DNA of 53,487 bases from the NCBI GenBank assembly GCA_043754515.1, contig JAYUUO010000051.1, positions 1 through 53,487 on the forward strand, given 5' to 3'. Position 1 is the stretch's first letter. Every line of letters starts with the position of its first letter. Origin of the DNA: Armatimonadota bacterium (GTDB lineage: Bacteria; Armatimonadota; Armatimonadia; Armatimonadales; Armatimonadaceae). The position numbers were made by a program, and so were the translations under genes. Under the pieces are notes generated by a model, which was not told where the DNA came from, ran no database searches, and was given only the letters and a program-made list of their open reading frames with translations. This document shows positions 29,176 to 40,232 of this stretch, piece after piece.

Positions 29176-30903
29176 ATGGCTACCGATTTCCTCCCCTTCG
29201 ACACGTTCACGCTCGCCGCCGTGGCCTCGGAGCTGAACAGCGTGCTTGAGGGCGCGCGGGTGCAGAAACTGCGCCAAACGTCGCCTTCCGAGTGGGGGCT
29301 GTCACTCTACAACGCTTCGCACGGCTCGCAACACTTGCTGCTATCCGCCGACCCGCGCCTTTTCCGCGTTCACCTGACGCAGGTCAAGCGCGAACCGCTC
29401 CCGAACGCGCCGGGATTTCTGCAGGTGGCGCGCAAATGGCTCGACGGGGCGTACTTCGTCGCGGCGACCCTGCCGACCTGGGATCGTGTCGCGCGGCTAC
29501 AGTTCCGCACGCCCGAGGGCGAGACGGTCACGGCGGTCTGCGAGCTGATGGGGCGCAACGCGAACATCGTGCTGACCACCGGCGAGGGGGACAGCGAAAT
29601 CGTGCGTGGCGTGCTCCGTAGCCCGTCCGGTGGCGAACGCTCGCTACGCCCCGGCAGTGCGTATACCGCGCCACCCGGCACCGGCGACCGGCCCGACCCG
29701 CGAACGGCAAGGGGTGACAGCTTCCCCGACGCGCCCGAGAGCGTCGCGCGTTACCTGACCACGAGCTTTTCGGGCATGTCCCGCTTCGCCGGGGCGGAAG
29801 TGGTCGCCCGCGCCGCCTACGACGGAGACGGCTACGCCGCCGCGCTCGCGTCGCTCCTCACGGACGCGGACGCCGGACGCTTCGACCCGCACCAGATGGG
29901 AGATGAGAACGGCGCGACCACCGGCGTCTGGGCGTTCGTGCCGCGCCAGGTTCCGGCGGGCTTGCGCTTCCGGCGCGAAAGTGTCTCGGTCGCGCTCGAC
30001 ACGTTCTATGCCGCCCTCGGGGAGCGGACCACGGAAGCGGGGGAGCGCGCCGCGCTAACGAAGGCCATCGAAAAGGAGGTCGCGTACCGCGTCCGCGAAC
30101 TCGCCGCCCAGCGCAAAACGCTCGCCGAAGCGGACCGTGCTGACACGTTCGAGCGGTGGGGGAACCTGATCCTCGCGTCGCCGAACGACGTCCCGGACGG
30201 CGGCGCATCCGATGTCGTGCTGGCCGACCTGTATGCCGAGGTCGAGGGCGAGACAGTCAAGATCCCACTCGACCCCGCCCGGTCCGCCCGCGAGAACGCC
30301 GACGCGCTGTTCGCCCGCGCCCGCAAAGCACGCGACGCCGCCGAGTACGCGGACGGGCAGGTCGCCGATCTGGAGGACGAACGGGAGCGGCTCGCCGCCC
30401 TGACCGCGCGCTTGGAGTCCGCCCGCACGGACGAGGATGTCGCGGATGTCCGCGCGGAACTGGAGGAGATAGTCGGCTCGGAGCGCGTCGGGGGCGCGGA
30501 CAAAAGTCCGGTGAAAAAAGCCGCGCAAAAGCCGTTCGACGGGCACAAGGTGCGCACGTACGATTTAGAAGGATACACGTTCTATGTCGGGGAGACAGCG
30601 CAGGCGAACGACCACCTGTTAACGCGCGTCGCCGCGCCGACCGACATCTGGATGCACGTCCGCGCAGGGACGGGGGCGCACGGCGTGTTGCGCACCAACA
30701 AGGAGCCGGGAAAGGTGCCGGATAAAGTAATACGCAAAGCCGCCGCCATCGTAGCCGCCAAATCGCCGGGCGTGAAGCATAGTAGCGTGGTTGCCGTTGA
30801 TATCACCGAGCGGCGGTACGTGCGCAAGCCACGCGGCGCGAAGGCCGGGCTCGCGCAGTATAGTCAGGCGCGAACCCTGGACGTGACGCCGGAACTGTTC
30901 TAA
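29176..30903 (+). CDS. rqcH: NFACT/FbpA family protein (RqcH, ribosome quality control)
   Basis: N-terminal D...L, DR, ELMGRNANIVL, IPLDP...ENA, NFACT-R ND.L...DIWMH. Confidence 0.85.
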   Translation: MATDFLPFDTFTLAAVASELNSVLEGARVQKLRQTSPSEWGLSLYNASHGSQHLLLSADPRLFRVHLTQVKREPLPNAPGFLQVARKWLDGAYFVAATLPTWDRVARLQFRTPEGETVTAVCELMGRNANIVLTTGEGDSEIVRGVLRSPSGGERSLRPGSAYTAPPGTGDRPDPRTARGDSFPDAPESVARYLTTSFSGMSRFAGAEVVARAAYDGDGYAAALASLLTDADAGRFDPHQMGDENGATTGVWAFVPRQVPAGLRFRRESVSVALDTFYAALGERTTEAGERAALTKAIEKEVAYRVRELAAQRKTLAEADRADTFERWGNLILASPNDVPDGGASDVVLADLYAEVEGETVKIPLDPARSARENADALFARARKARDAAEYADGQVADLEDERERLAALTARLESARTDEDVADVRAELEEIVGSERVGGADKSPVKKAAQKPFDGHKVRTYDLEGYTFYVGETAQANDHLLTRVAAPTDIWMHVRAGTGAHGVLRTNKEPGKVPDKVIRKAAAIVAAKSPGVKHSSVVAVDITERRYVRKPRGAKAGLAQYSQARTLDVTPELF

Positions 30904-31039
30904 TGGCGCGATTAGCCGAAACGCGGGTTAAGACCCACGTCTGTGGACGCGTTCCGCGCCGGACGTCCTTCGGACGGGGACGTTCTGGCGTCAAAAATCG
31001 TCCGACCGCGTAACACCTAAACGGTGTCAAAGGTGGTAG

Positions 31040-31318
31040 CTAGCGTTTCGCGGCTGCTTTTTGCTTGTCGTCCGCGCTTCTGTAGGGTGTATCCCACTCG
31101 AAAACGACGTCGGTGACGTCGGACCGCGATTTGAGGGTTTTATAGAGGGAGTTGATCTCCTCGTCGAAGCTACCCTCGCGTCCGGGGAGCGGACGAACCC
31201 GCCCGTAGAAATGCACCAACCCGCGCATCACGGAGACCTGTGCCTCGTTCGTGTCGAGGGCGCGCCGCACCAGTTCCTTTTTCACCATGCGCACTGTGTC
31301 TTTATCACTCGCCTGCAT
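31040..31318 (-). CDS. Small hypothetical protein, possibly BON-like fold
   Basis: 92 aa with GAAGGGA upstream; pattern V.V..G.V...G.V ... V.DVV. Confidence 0.6.
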   Translation of the reverse strand: MQASDKDTVRMVKKELVRRALDTNEAQVSVMRGLVHFYGRVRPLPGREGSFDEEINSLYKTLKSRSDVTDVVFEWDTPYRSADDKQKAAAKR

Positions 31319-31595
31319 TTACCCATCCATCCCTTCTGGGCGCGTCATCATGGACGCTTAAAATACTACAGATTTTCTACACCAGCGAATCACACGATAT
31401 GAGATTGTCGAAGCAAGAACATTATATCCGAATTCAGCCGATGGCGTGTACGAGCCGCGTGCTTTTTTATCAGCGACGACGTTCCCGCGTCGGTTACTTT
31501 TTGTTTCTGTTAGTCGCCTACCCTGTGTTATATTGTTGGGTGAGTGTTGGGCAGACCGACACGACCGACTAACAACCGTAAGGGTACACGAAACG

Positions 31596-32015
31596 ATGAC
31601 AGAGAAACTGGAAGAGCCGAAGCCAAAATTGTTCAAGGGCGTCTGCATCCACTGCGGGTCGGACGCGCTCTGAATGAACGGGACGCGCGGCGAGAAGCAA
31701 ATCTACTTCTGCAACGCGTGCGGGCGTATCATGGGCGGCTTCCCGATCCCGGCGCAAAACCTCTGTGGGCGCAAGAGCACGGTGCAAAGTCTCCACTATC
31801 CGAAGTGTCACGGCGCGGCCAGGATACGCGAGCGGGTGGACGAGTACCGGTCGCGCCTGGTTTGTAACGTCTGTGGATACTACTTCACCGACTGCTACCG
31901 GCACGCGCCGCCCGACCGCGATTCCGGGCCGTTCCTGCATCCAATCACATTCCACCTGGACCCGGGCGCGGTCCGGGGGCTGATGGAGATCTGCCGGGTG
32001 ACGCGCTTGCGGTAG
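31596..32015 (+). pseudogene. Double Zn-ribbon protein (IS1 InsA-like) interrupted by an in-frame TGA
   Basis: CIHCGSDAL*MNGTRGEKQIYFCNACGR, then YPKC...CNVC; the two ORFs are contiguous in one frame. Confidence 0.55.
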
Positions 32016-32489
32016 AAAGGGGGCGGGGAAGGGGGCCGACGATGAATCGTCCCCGTCTGCGGCTCGCAAACAGGAATCCTTCGGCACAGGTTTTTTCGCG
32101 GCGAAAAAGACCGGGTAGACGCTTCGGGTCGCGGAGGTTCATTCCAAAAACCAGCATTTTACGGGTGCCCAACGCGTTGGCTGCGGTAACCCTCGCCACG
32201 GGAGGCCAGGGATTCGCCGCCGATGTTCCCGGAGTAGGCGTCGCCCCCCACCCGTCGCCGCTCCCCGAATTCACCCTGCTCGACGAGGGCGGCATGATGC
32301 ACAACCCGCCCCCCAAAAACGGTCGCGGCGTGGCGGCGTGAGTTGGGCGGCCCCGTCGCTGATCCTGAACGGCGCGCGTCCCTGCATCTGCTCGCCGACG
32401 AGTGCGACCTCGTGCCCCGCGAGCAGCCCGAGGACGCCCTCGCCCACTTCGCGGCGGCACGCGCCCTCGCCCCCGCTCACTCGCCCCTC

Positions 32490-33237
32490 CCCGGCTATCG
32501 CCTGCGCCATGAGCAGGTAGTTTGTTCAGCGAGTAGCGGCGCAACGAGTGGAGCGTGATGGCGTCGGTGAGTTCGGCGAATGCGGTGACCCGGTGCAGTA
32601 TCTTGAGGAAACGCCCTTCGTCTATTTTCGCCCCGGTGTCGCTAATAAAAAGCCAGCCATCGTCGTCCGCTTTCGGAACGTTCCGCATGACCCGCGCCCG
32701 GACCCGGAGCCAGACTTCCATCTGCGCCGCCCATTCCGGCGACACGGGTAGTGCCCGCGGCTCCTTGCCCTTGCTCTCGCGGATCACGATCTGCCGTTCT
32801 TTGGCGCGGTAGTCGCCGACTTTCAGCGACAGCATTTCGCCGATGCGGGCGGCGGTGTCGAGCAACCCCAGGACTACCGCCATGTTCCGGTCGCGGTAGA
32901 AGATGCGGGCGGCGTGGGGCATGAAATGAATGGCCGGATTAGGCTCCGGGTCCCAGTAGCCCCGCACGCCGGCGAGCAGGGCGACAATCTCGTCGTCGGT
33001 AGGCATGTGCTTCGGGGGGCGGGGCGCGTTGTGGATCTCGTACTCGGCGAGCGGGGAGCGGTCGAGCAGGTCGTTCTTCGCGCACCAGGCGTAGAACACT
33101 TTGGCGCACATGCCGTCGTGCCGGAGCGTCATGCGGGACTTGCCTTCCCGCGAGCGGAAGGCGACGTAGCGGTCTAAATGCCGCTTGCCGAAGTTATCGA
33201 AGCGAACCTCGTTATCCTTCGCCAACCTCGCGAGCAT
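32490..33237 (-). pseudogene. Truncated tyrosine recombinase/integrase
   Basis: LLDTAARIGEML, SKGKEPR, HSLRR; frameshift after LNKL into LLMAQAIAG; second His and catalytic Tyr missing; N-terminus looks truncated. Confidence 0.8.
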
Positions 33238-33298
33238 GGAACGGCGGATAAATTACGATGTAATCGTCCTATATGCGGTTATGATTGGGATCTGAATT

Positions 33299-36200
33299 TT
33301 ACCAGTTGTAGTAACGGTAAGGATCATCGCCCAACTCGAAATCGGCGCGATAGTCGAGATGATAAAGGTTTGAGGGCGGATCAGCAGGGGATGTTTGTTT
33401 AAAGAAAGAGCCTGTTGTCATAAATCTGCCTCCTATATTCCCGATGAGTTGGCTCATTGCTCTGGTTTGACGCCAGCGGGTCAGACGCAGATAGGTTCGT
33501 TTATCGGCGTTCAACGATTCCGGATCCAATTGACAGTAAAAGATACTCCCTTTGCCGACGGTTTCGCGGGCGAACAGTCCACTCGCGCCGCTCGCAACAC
33601 CGCCCGATGTTTCACAAACAGTCCAGTCGGCGGCGGCGCGGAAACGCAGATCCGATGCCGATAGGCCCGCGCATTCCGCCCAATCAGGAACCGAAAGCGA
33701 GCCGAAAAAACCGCTTTGCCGGACAAAAGCGACGCCGGTTCCCGGCGTGTTCCGCGCCGATAGGTGGGCGAGATGGAGGACGCGCCCCCCGGTACGGGCG
33801 AATGTTCGCAATATCGTCTCGTCGAAACCCGCCCCATCACCGACGATCAGCAGGCGGTTCGCCCCGGTCGGAAGCGATGGCGCGGTGCTACGAGTGTATA
33901 GTACGCCCATTGAATCGAGCAGTTTGCTCCCGGCGTCGTTTCCGATATAGAGCGTGGTCGCGGCACGGGCGGCGGTCGCACTCTGGGCGTATCGCAGGAT
34001 CTGCCGTGTCAGCGATGCGGCGGCGGGGTCGAGCGCGGCATGATCTTCGAGATCGAACGTGCAAAGCGTCACCTGTCCCGCCCCGTCGCGCGCTGTCATC
34101 AAGGGCGAATACGCAAGGTCGAACTCGCACTCGAACACGGGTTGCCAGCCGCCGTAGTGCGGCTTTTCTATCGGCGCGCTCGACACGCCGCCACGGGTTC
34201 CCCAGCGGTAGCCGTAGTACGGCATCTCCGTGGTTGCTAGTTTAGTGTCTTCCGTGCCGCCTTTCGCGTAGTCCGGGTAGGCATCCACTAGCGAGCTTGT
34301 GCCGCTCCAGTCGCGCAAATCGTCGTCGCCGATTCCCGCGAACCATCGCTTCGCGGTCACGGACCGGACCGGAAACACCCGCCGTGCCACATGTGCCGCG
34401 ACCCGTAGCCCCCACTGCTTCCGCAAATAATCCGGCGTCTGAGACATTATGAGGAGTCGCCCGCCGCCGCGCACGAATGCCTCGAACGTCGCCGGGGCGA
34501 GGCCACCTTTCTGCGTGAACGCTTCGCGTCCGACCACTACCAGCCCGCTTTTTGCGCCACTTCTCCACGGCGAGACGGTGTAGCCGAGTGTCCTGAGCAT
34601 CGCGGACGTTTTGCCCGCGGGGTCGTACGCGGTGACGGCGCGCTCCGCGACCGGGATCGGCGGCGCACCGAACACACGAAACGCGAACCTATCGCCGTGC
34701 GTCTTGTCGCCGATTTTCGCGGTCATAGTCAGCGTCGCGTTTCGCTTTCCCACGCCTCGCGCTTTGAGCGGCACGACGACCGGCAAAAAGCGCGTTTCGC
34801 CGATGGCGATTTTACCGGAAAACCGCCCTGTTCCCAGAACCGCGCCGCTACCATCTTTCGCAGACCACGTGCCGCTGTAGGATTGTGGGGAGCGGGTGTC
34901 GTTGAGCAAGGCGATCTGCTTGCGGACGGTCTGACCGGCGCGGTAGTGGTGGTCTTTCGCCGTGAACGCCGGAGCGTCGCCCGCGATCCAGGCAAGCGTC
35001 GGCGCGTTGGCGACCGCGAACGCTTCGCCCGCCGGGGTGCGCTTGCCCTGATGCGTAATGTAGCCGCCGTCCCAGGGGATCATCCCCCCGGTCATGCCGA
35101 ACGTCCGGTACGACCGCCACGTGTTGGTTTGGAATAACGCTTGCAACGCCTGAAACGACGCGCTCGTGCTGATCGGTTCGTTGTAAAACCACCCCTGATA
35201 CTTTTGTCCCTCGATCAACTTTGACACGACATCGGCGCGGTACGCGGGCGGCTCGTTCTTGTACGCCTCCTCCCCCTGATAAATCGCGCAGTATTCGGTC
35301 AGAAACGGCTCGGACCGCATCGCGTCGCCAAACCCGTTGCGCCCGCGAAATAGCGTGGTGTTGAGCGGGGTTCCGAACTCCACGTACCAGAGCGGCATAT
35401 CGCCGTGTTTCGCCCAGTCGGAAACGAACTCCTCGCGCTCCTGGAGCGGCCTCATGCCGAGGTAATGGTTGAGCGTGTACAAGTCCCCGACGGGGCCGCC
35501 GTTATGAATAAACACCGGGCGCGTCGGGTCTTGCGCCTTCATATAGTCGACACCGCGCCGGGCGAGCGGGAACGCGCCGCGCAAATTCGGGCTACGCCGC
35601 ATGTCGTATGTCTCCGCCCGCTCCTTCATCCCGGCGTAACGCGGGTCGGCGGTCGCGCCCATCATGTTGCCGCTGGTCCCCCACATCACGATAGAGGGGT
35701 GGTTGCGATACCGACGCAGGTCGCGGCGTACCTGCGACTCGTGCGCTGCCGCCCGCTCCGGTGTCGAATAGTTGCCCCCCATCCAGTCCATGTGCGGCAG
35801 AATCCCGGTGATCGGTATGCCGCGCTCGTCGGCGTAGTCGTACCAAGCAACGTAACGTGATTCTTGAGTACGCCGCTCATGGCTGTTGGGCCACAGTTCC
35901 ACGAGGTTGAACCCGAAGCCGCGTTTCTCCTCCCAACCGCCCGGCACGTCTGTGTTGAGTAGTGTCGGGCGCATCCGGAACGGCGTGCCGTTGAGATAAA
36001 TGTCGCGTCCCCGCACCCAAAACTCCCGGAATCCGAAGGGTTGCGAGATCGCATCGGCGATGCCCGCGCCCGTCACCGTCACCTGCAATGTGTACAGATT
36101 CGGCTGGTCTAAGTCCCAGAGGCGCGGGTTGTCCCAACCCCATGTCGCCGACCCGGTCTGTTCGTTCGCGTCCGCGGATGGACCTGGAGTCAGCGTCACC

Positions 36201-37063
36201 GGCGCGAACGTTTTTTCCACCCTGCCTTTCGCGTTCACCGCCCGCGCCGTTATCGTCACCGCGCCTCTCGCCGTCCGCCCCGCGAGCGACACTTCCAGCG
36301 TCAACTCTTTTTTGCGCGTCGAAGTCCGCACGAAAACATCGGCGACCCGCGCCGCGGCCGGGCGCGTTCGTAGTGTCACCGCGCCGATAAGCCCGCCCGA
36401 ATCACGCTCCGCCTTGCGGATCGTATTCTGGCCGGGGATCATCCCCATCAACTCCCGCACCTCGCCCGCCTCCGCTGTCGACACCACATACACACGGAGC
36501 CGCATTAGTTTGCCGAACGTCACTGCGCGGGAAATGTCCACCTGCCCTTCGGGAAAACTCACCTCGCCGCACCGCGTCTCGTCCACGTACACCACGGCGT
36601 CGGTGCTGATACGCGCGAAATCCAGTAGCACCGCCCTCCCCTGGGCTGTCTCCGGCACTGTTATGCTGGTTTCGTACCATCCCGCGAATGTTTTCCGACC
36701 GGAGGTATCCCGGTCGGAAAAATCGCCCCACACAGCCCCCATCCCTTTTTGGACGATGTCGTCCGCCCGGAGCCACGAACCGGGGACCTTCTGGCTCCCC
36801 CAAACCGGGTCCCCGCTCGCGGGAGCCACAGGCGTTCCGCCGGTCGGAGGCGCGGCGGGCGCGAAACGCCAGGTGCCATTTAGCGGAACGTCGCTACGGA
36901 ACGCGTCGGCGGGCGATGGCAAAGTCTTCGGGGTGGGATTCGCTTCCCGCGACGCGGTGGGCACGGCGTTCGCCGTGCTGATCGGCGTGTTTGGGTAGCA
37001 AGCAAATCCCGCGAGACAGGACACGGCGGCGAAAGATAGGGATAGAGAGGAAGATGTTTTCAT
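33299..37063 (-). CDS. Secreted GH2-like glycoside hydrolase (1254 aa)
   Basis: Signal peptide, LNGTWRF, LWDLDQPNLY, FGFREF, NHPSIVMW, EFG. Confidence 0.85.
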   Translation of the reverse strand: MKTSSSLSLSFAAVSCLAGFACYPNTPISTANAVPTASREANPTPKTLPSPADAFRSDVPLNGTWRFAPAAPPTGGTPVAPASGDPVWGSQKVPGSWLRADDIVQKGMGAVWGDFSDRDTSGRKTFAGWYETSITVPETAQGRAVLLDFARISTDAVVYVDETRCGEVSFPEGQVDISRAVTFGKLMRLRVYVVSTAEAGEVRELMGMIPGQNTIRKAERDSGGLIGAVTLRTRPAAARVADVFVRTSTRKKELTLEVSLAGRTARGAVTITARAVNAKGRVEKTFAPVTLTPGPSADANEQTGSATWGWDNPRLWDLDQPNLYTLQVTVTGAGIADAISQPFGFREFWVRGRDIYLNGTPFRMRPTLLNTDVPGGWEEKRGFGFNLVELWPNSHERRTQESRYVAWYDYADERGIPITGILPHMDWMGGNYSTPERAAAHESQVRRDLRRYRNHPSIVMWGTSGNMMGATADPRYAGMKERAETYDMRRSPNLRGAFPLARRGVDYMKAQDPTRPVFIHNGGPVGDLYTLNHYLGMRPLQEREEFVSDWAKHGDMPLWYVEFGTPLNTTLFRGRNGFGDAMRSEPFLTEYCAIYQGEEAYKNEPPAYRADVVSKLIEGQKYQGWFYNEPISTSASFQALQALFQTNTWRSYRTFGMTGGMIPWDGGYITHQGKRTPAGEAFAVANAPTLAWIAGDAPAFTAKDHHYRAGQTVRKQIALLNDTRSPQSYSGTWSAKDGSGAVLGTGRFSGKIAIGETRFLPVVVPLKARGVGKRNATLTMTAKIGDKTHGDRFAFRVFGAPPIPVAERAVTAYDPAGKTSAMLRTLGYTVSPWRSGAKSGLVVVGREAFTQKGGLAPATFEAFVRGGGRLLIMSQTPDYLRKQWGLRVAAHVARRVFPVRSVTAKRWFAGIGDDDLRDWSGTSSLVDAYPDYAKGGTEDTKLATTEMPYYGYRWGTRGGVSSAPIEKPHYGGWQPVFECEFDLAYSPLMTARDGAGQVTLCTFDLEDHAALDPAAASLTRQILRYAQSATAARAATTLYIGNDAGSKLLDSMGVLYTRSTAPSLPTGANRLLIVGDGAGFDETILRTFARTGGRVLHLAHLSARNTPGTGVAFVRQSGFFGSLSVPDWAECAGLSASDLRFRAAADWTVCETSGGVASGASGLFARETVGKGSIFYCQLDPESLNADKRTYLRLTRWRQTRAMSQLIGNIGGRFMTTGSFFKQTSPADPPSNLYHLDYRADFELGDDPYRYYNW

Positions 37064-37094
37064 AAGAGTCGTGTCACGCCCGCGGGCGGCACCG

Positions 37095-39371
37095 CTAAAC
37101 GGCGCGTTCCAACGTCACCACCTGACCGGGTTCGCCCCGCAACCGTAGGCATTCGCCGGATTGCGCCACACCGTCCATTGTCCAGCATCGTCCCAACCCG
37201 TGGTACAAAAGCAACGGCTCCCGGCGCGTACAGGTGACGCGCACCCGCGTGGTTTGATTCTGCGCGACGGTCGCCCCGATTATGAACCCACCCTCGGTGG
37301 CTATTCGGTCGAAAGACAGTGTGCGCCACCGGTGCGGAACCTGCGGCAACACGTAAATAGCGGTTTCGGATTCGCCCGAATCGGGCTTGGGAACCGGGCG
37401 GCATTGCACCAGAAGTTCGTGTATCGCGCTCACGACGCCCATGTTCGCGTCGAGTTGCATGACCTCGAGCGCCTCGGGGTCGCGGCGGTTTTCTTCCGGC
37501 CCGCCCCACGACGCCGTGCATCCCGCAAGCCCCCCCGCGTCAATCGAGCCGCCCTCATTGGCGTGCGTTTCTATCAGCCAGTGGAGCCACGCGATCGCCG
37601 CATCGGGCTTGTCGCACCGCGAAAGTATCGTGGCCGCCCATGGTAGACACCACGCGCACCATTGTCCCGCACCCATCGCCACCCAGTGCCGCAGTGTTTC
37701 CCCGACCACCGGCGCGTGTTCGGGGGAGTGCGGGTCAACGGTTGCGAACGGATACAAACCGGCAAGGTGACTGTGATGCCTATGACTGTGTTCTAAATCC
37801 TGCACTTGCCAAAGCGCGATCCGCCGCTTGACAACCCCCGGCGTATCGTAAAACCCCGCCGGTACATGCGCGGTAGAATACGGTGGCAGCGTTCGCGCGA
37901 CTTGCGCCCAACGCGGGTCTAAAGGCTCGCCCAGTCGCCCGGCGGCGAAGGGGAGTAGGCGCGCCACGCAGTGCCACGCCGCCAGTTGGAAACTCGAATC
38001 ACGTCCCCACCCGCCGAGACCGTTTTCGCCGTATTCCGGGCTGACGCTCACCGGAAGCGACAACTGTGGCACACCGTCCGCGCCCGCGACCGTTTCCGAC
38101 ATCGCCCAGAACCCATTGAACGCCCCGCGCAACAGTGGATACGCCATGTCGCGCAGGAACACATCGTCGCCGGTGTGCCGGTAGTACCGGTACGCCATTT
38201 GCGCGATCCACGCGGTCGAGGCGTGGTCAATCGTCCCCTTCCAAAAGTTGCCGACGACCTGACACCGATCATCTACCGCATGGGGAAGCATCAAAGCGTC
38301 TTCGGTTCCCCAGAAGGCGTGTGCCGTCTCGCGCAGGCGTGGCATCCACTTCTCGATCATCTTCCAAAGCGGCGCGAAATGCTCCGGTCGTCCGCACGAG
38401 AAGAGCGGCTCATAGACCATCTGCAAATTGATATTGAAGTGATAGTCGTTGCTCCAGAGCGGAACGCGCACTTCCTCCATCCAAGCCCCTTGTAGCGTCG
38501 CGGCAATCCCGTTCGGATGCGTCAAGCCCGCGAGTTTATACAAGCCGTAAGTGTGAAGACACTGAAGCGACTCGTCCGGTAGGTCAAGGCGCGGCACCGT
38601 TTGCCAGTAGTCATGCCACCATTCGGCGGCATAAGCCGCCGCCGCCTCGCGTCCGGACGCCGTGAGTGGCACGGCGTCCGTGCCAAGCGCGGTCGTGATA
38701 CAAAAAACGCCGTTCGCTCTATGCCACGCTACGGTGAGCGCGGGGTCGTCGGGCAGGGTTTGTCGGAATCCGCCCGCGTTCGGCGCGGTGAAGTACTCCG
38801 GCGCGGCGCACCCGGTCGCGTCGAGTTCTTTTTTCACCCACGGCGAAGCGTCGTAGGACGCCACCACTGAAACCGTGACCGCTTCGGCAACCCGGTCGGG
38901 CATCTCGATCCAGAACGATTCGCTGTCCACGGCTTGCCGCAGAACGATCCCGGCACGGCTTGATTCGTCCCCTTGTAGCGTGATAGTCAGTGCGCCGGTC
39001 GGTAGGCAAAGTTCGGCGTGAAGGGGGCGAAAACCGTCTGCGAAGCGCAGTTCGATGCGTCCCCCGGCGAGTTGTCGCGGTTCGACGGGTTGCCCCGGCA
39101 CATTCGTTTGCGACGAGAAACGGGCGATTACCTCGTCCTCGCGTCCTGCTTCGAGCAGGAAACGCATTTCTGCGTACGTGATGTGGTTGGTGAACGTGTT
39201 TCCGCCCCGGTGATCCCAGAACCCCGCTCGCGCCACGGTGAGGCATAGGCAATCGTCGCCCCAAACCAGCACTCCCTGCGTACCGTTCGCCATCGCAATA
39301 CCGGTGTGCGGACGCTGCAAGGGGAACTCCCACCGCAAAGTATCGTCAGAACGGGATGGATTTTCTATCAT
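37095..39371 (-). CDS. GH95-like alpha-L-fucosidase / (alpha/alpha)6 glycosidase
   Basis: LQGAW, DYHFNINLQM, SVSPE, HRHHSHL, QLDANMG. Confidence 0.82.
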   Translation of the reverse strand: MIENPSRSDDTLRWEFPLQRPHTGIAMANGTQGVLVWGDDCLCLTVARAGFWDHRGGNTFTNHITYAEMRFLLEAGREDEVIARFSSQTNVPGQPVEPRQLAGGRIELRFADGFRPLHAELCLPTGALTITLQGDESSRAGIVLRQAVDSESFWIEMPDRVAEAVTVSVVASYDASPWVKKELDATGCAAPEYFTAPNAGGFRQTLPDDPALTVAWHRANGVFCITTALGTDAVPLTASGREAAAAYAAEWWHDYWQTVPRLDLPDESLQCLHTYGLYKLAGLTHPNGIAATLQGAWMEEVRVPLWSNDYHFNINLQMVYEPLFSCGRPEHFAPLWKMIEKWMPRLRETAHAFWGTEDALMLPHAVDDRCQVVGNFWKGTIDHASTAWIAQMAYRYYRHTGDDVFLRDMAYPLLRGAFNGFWAMSETVAGADGVPQLSLPVSVSPEYGENGLGGWGRDSSFQLAAWHCVARLLPFAAGRLGEPLDPRWAQVARTLPPYSTAHVPAGFYDTPGVVKRRIALWQVQDLEHSHRHHSHLAGLYPFATVDPHSPEHAPVVGETLRHWVAMGAGQWCAWCLPWAATILSRCDKPDAAIAWLHWLIETHANEGGSIDAGGLAGCTASWGGPEENRRDPEALEVMQLDANMGVVSAIHELLVQCRPVPKPDSGESETAIYVLPQVPHRWRTLSFDRIATEGGFIIGATVAQNQTTRVRVTCTRREPLLLYHGLGRCWTMDGVAQSGECLRLRGEPGQVVTLERAV

Positions 39372-39378
39372 CGCTGGA

Positions 39379-40146
39379 TCACTGCTTCACCACTATGGGC
39401 TTTGGTAGCGCGGCTTGAATCGCCCGAAACCATGCATCGCCCACGCGGGCATAGCCGTCTTTTTCCCCGGCAACTCCGTAGCCCGTCGGGTGAACCCCGT
39501 CGCCAATATAATCGTTCGTCGCCGGAAGCGCGGCGTGAATATCCACAAGATGAACCCGTGCATCGCGCTTTCGCAGAGCGGCGACCATGGTACAAACCTT
39601 TGCGTTATAAATATCTACGTCGCCGCTATGCTTGCTGTAGCCGTCAAAAGCGTTCGGCATGATCGTCGGTATCGTGCCGACGAAAATATGTGCTTTCGGC
39701 TTCACACGGCGTACCTGCTGCAAAAGCACACCGAGGCGATCCGCCGCCCCCGCGACATACCCCTGCCCGACATCATTGGTTCCAAGCATGACCAGTATGA
39801 TATCCGCTTGGAACCGGTCTAACGTCCCGGTGCTTGTGGCGGTCAATTTCGCCGCGACATCGGCGATTTTGCAACCGGGGTAGCCCTCATGTTCGCCGTC
39901 CGTGAAACCGCCTTCCGGGTTCGCACCAAACTGCGACCCGACAAAATCCGTGCGATAACCGCCCTTGTCGAGATTCGTTTTCAGCCGCCGCCGCCCCCAC
40001 GGAGCCGCCGTTATCGAATCGCCAACGCATAGTATGGTAAGCGTCTTGACGGAAGCCGTTGACTTTTTTTGTGCCGAAGCCGTGGTCGTCATACCGGCAA
40101 GGAAAGCCACTCCCCCGATTATCATACGTCGCCGCGTTGTTGTCAT
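39379..40146 (-). CDS. Tat-exported SGNH/GDSL esterase (CE3-like)
   Basis: RRR signal, GDSIT, FVGS, HEGYPG, GTND, DGVHP. Confidence 0.88.
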   Translation of the reverse strand: MTTTRRRMIIGGVAFLAGMTTTASAQKKSTASVKTLTILCVGDSITAAPWGRRRLKTNLDKGGYRTDFVGSQFGANPEGGFTDGEHEGYPGCKIADVAAKLTATSTGTLDRFQADIILVMLGTNDVGQGYVAGAADRLGVLLQQVRRVKPKAHIFVGTIPTIMPNAFDGYSKHSGDVDIYNAKVCTMVAALRKRDARVHLVDIHAALPATNDYIGDGVHPTGYGVAGEKDGYARVGDAWFRAIQAALPKPIVVKQ

Positions 40147-40232
40147 AGTATTTTAAGATTCTGCGCCTGTAACTTCCCGGCAAGTTCGCGGCGACATAAT
40201 CGTCGCCACGAACTTGTTTAGGGTGCAAGGGA

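Noticed and set aside
31671..31673. In-frame TGA in a Cys-rich protein read as selenocysteine
   Set aside because: It falls between CxxC pairs at a non-Cys position of the InsA-like pattern; a nonsense mutation in a decayed region is simpler.
31945..32489. Long C-terminal tail of the integrase ORF
   Set aside because: Read-through after a frameshift; low-complexity and overlapping opposite-strand ORFs.
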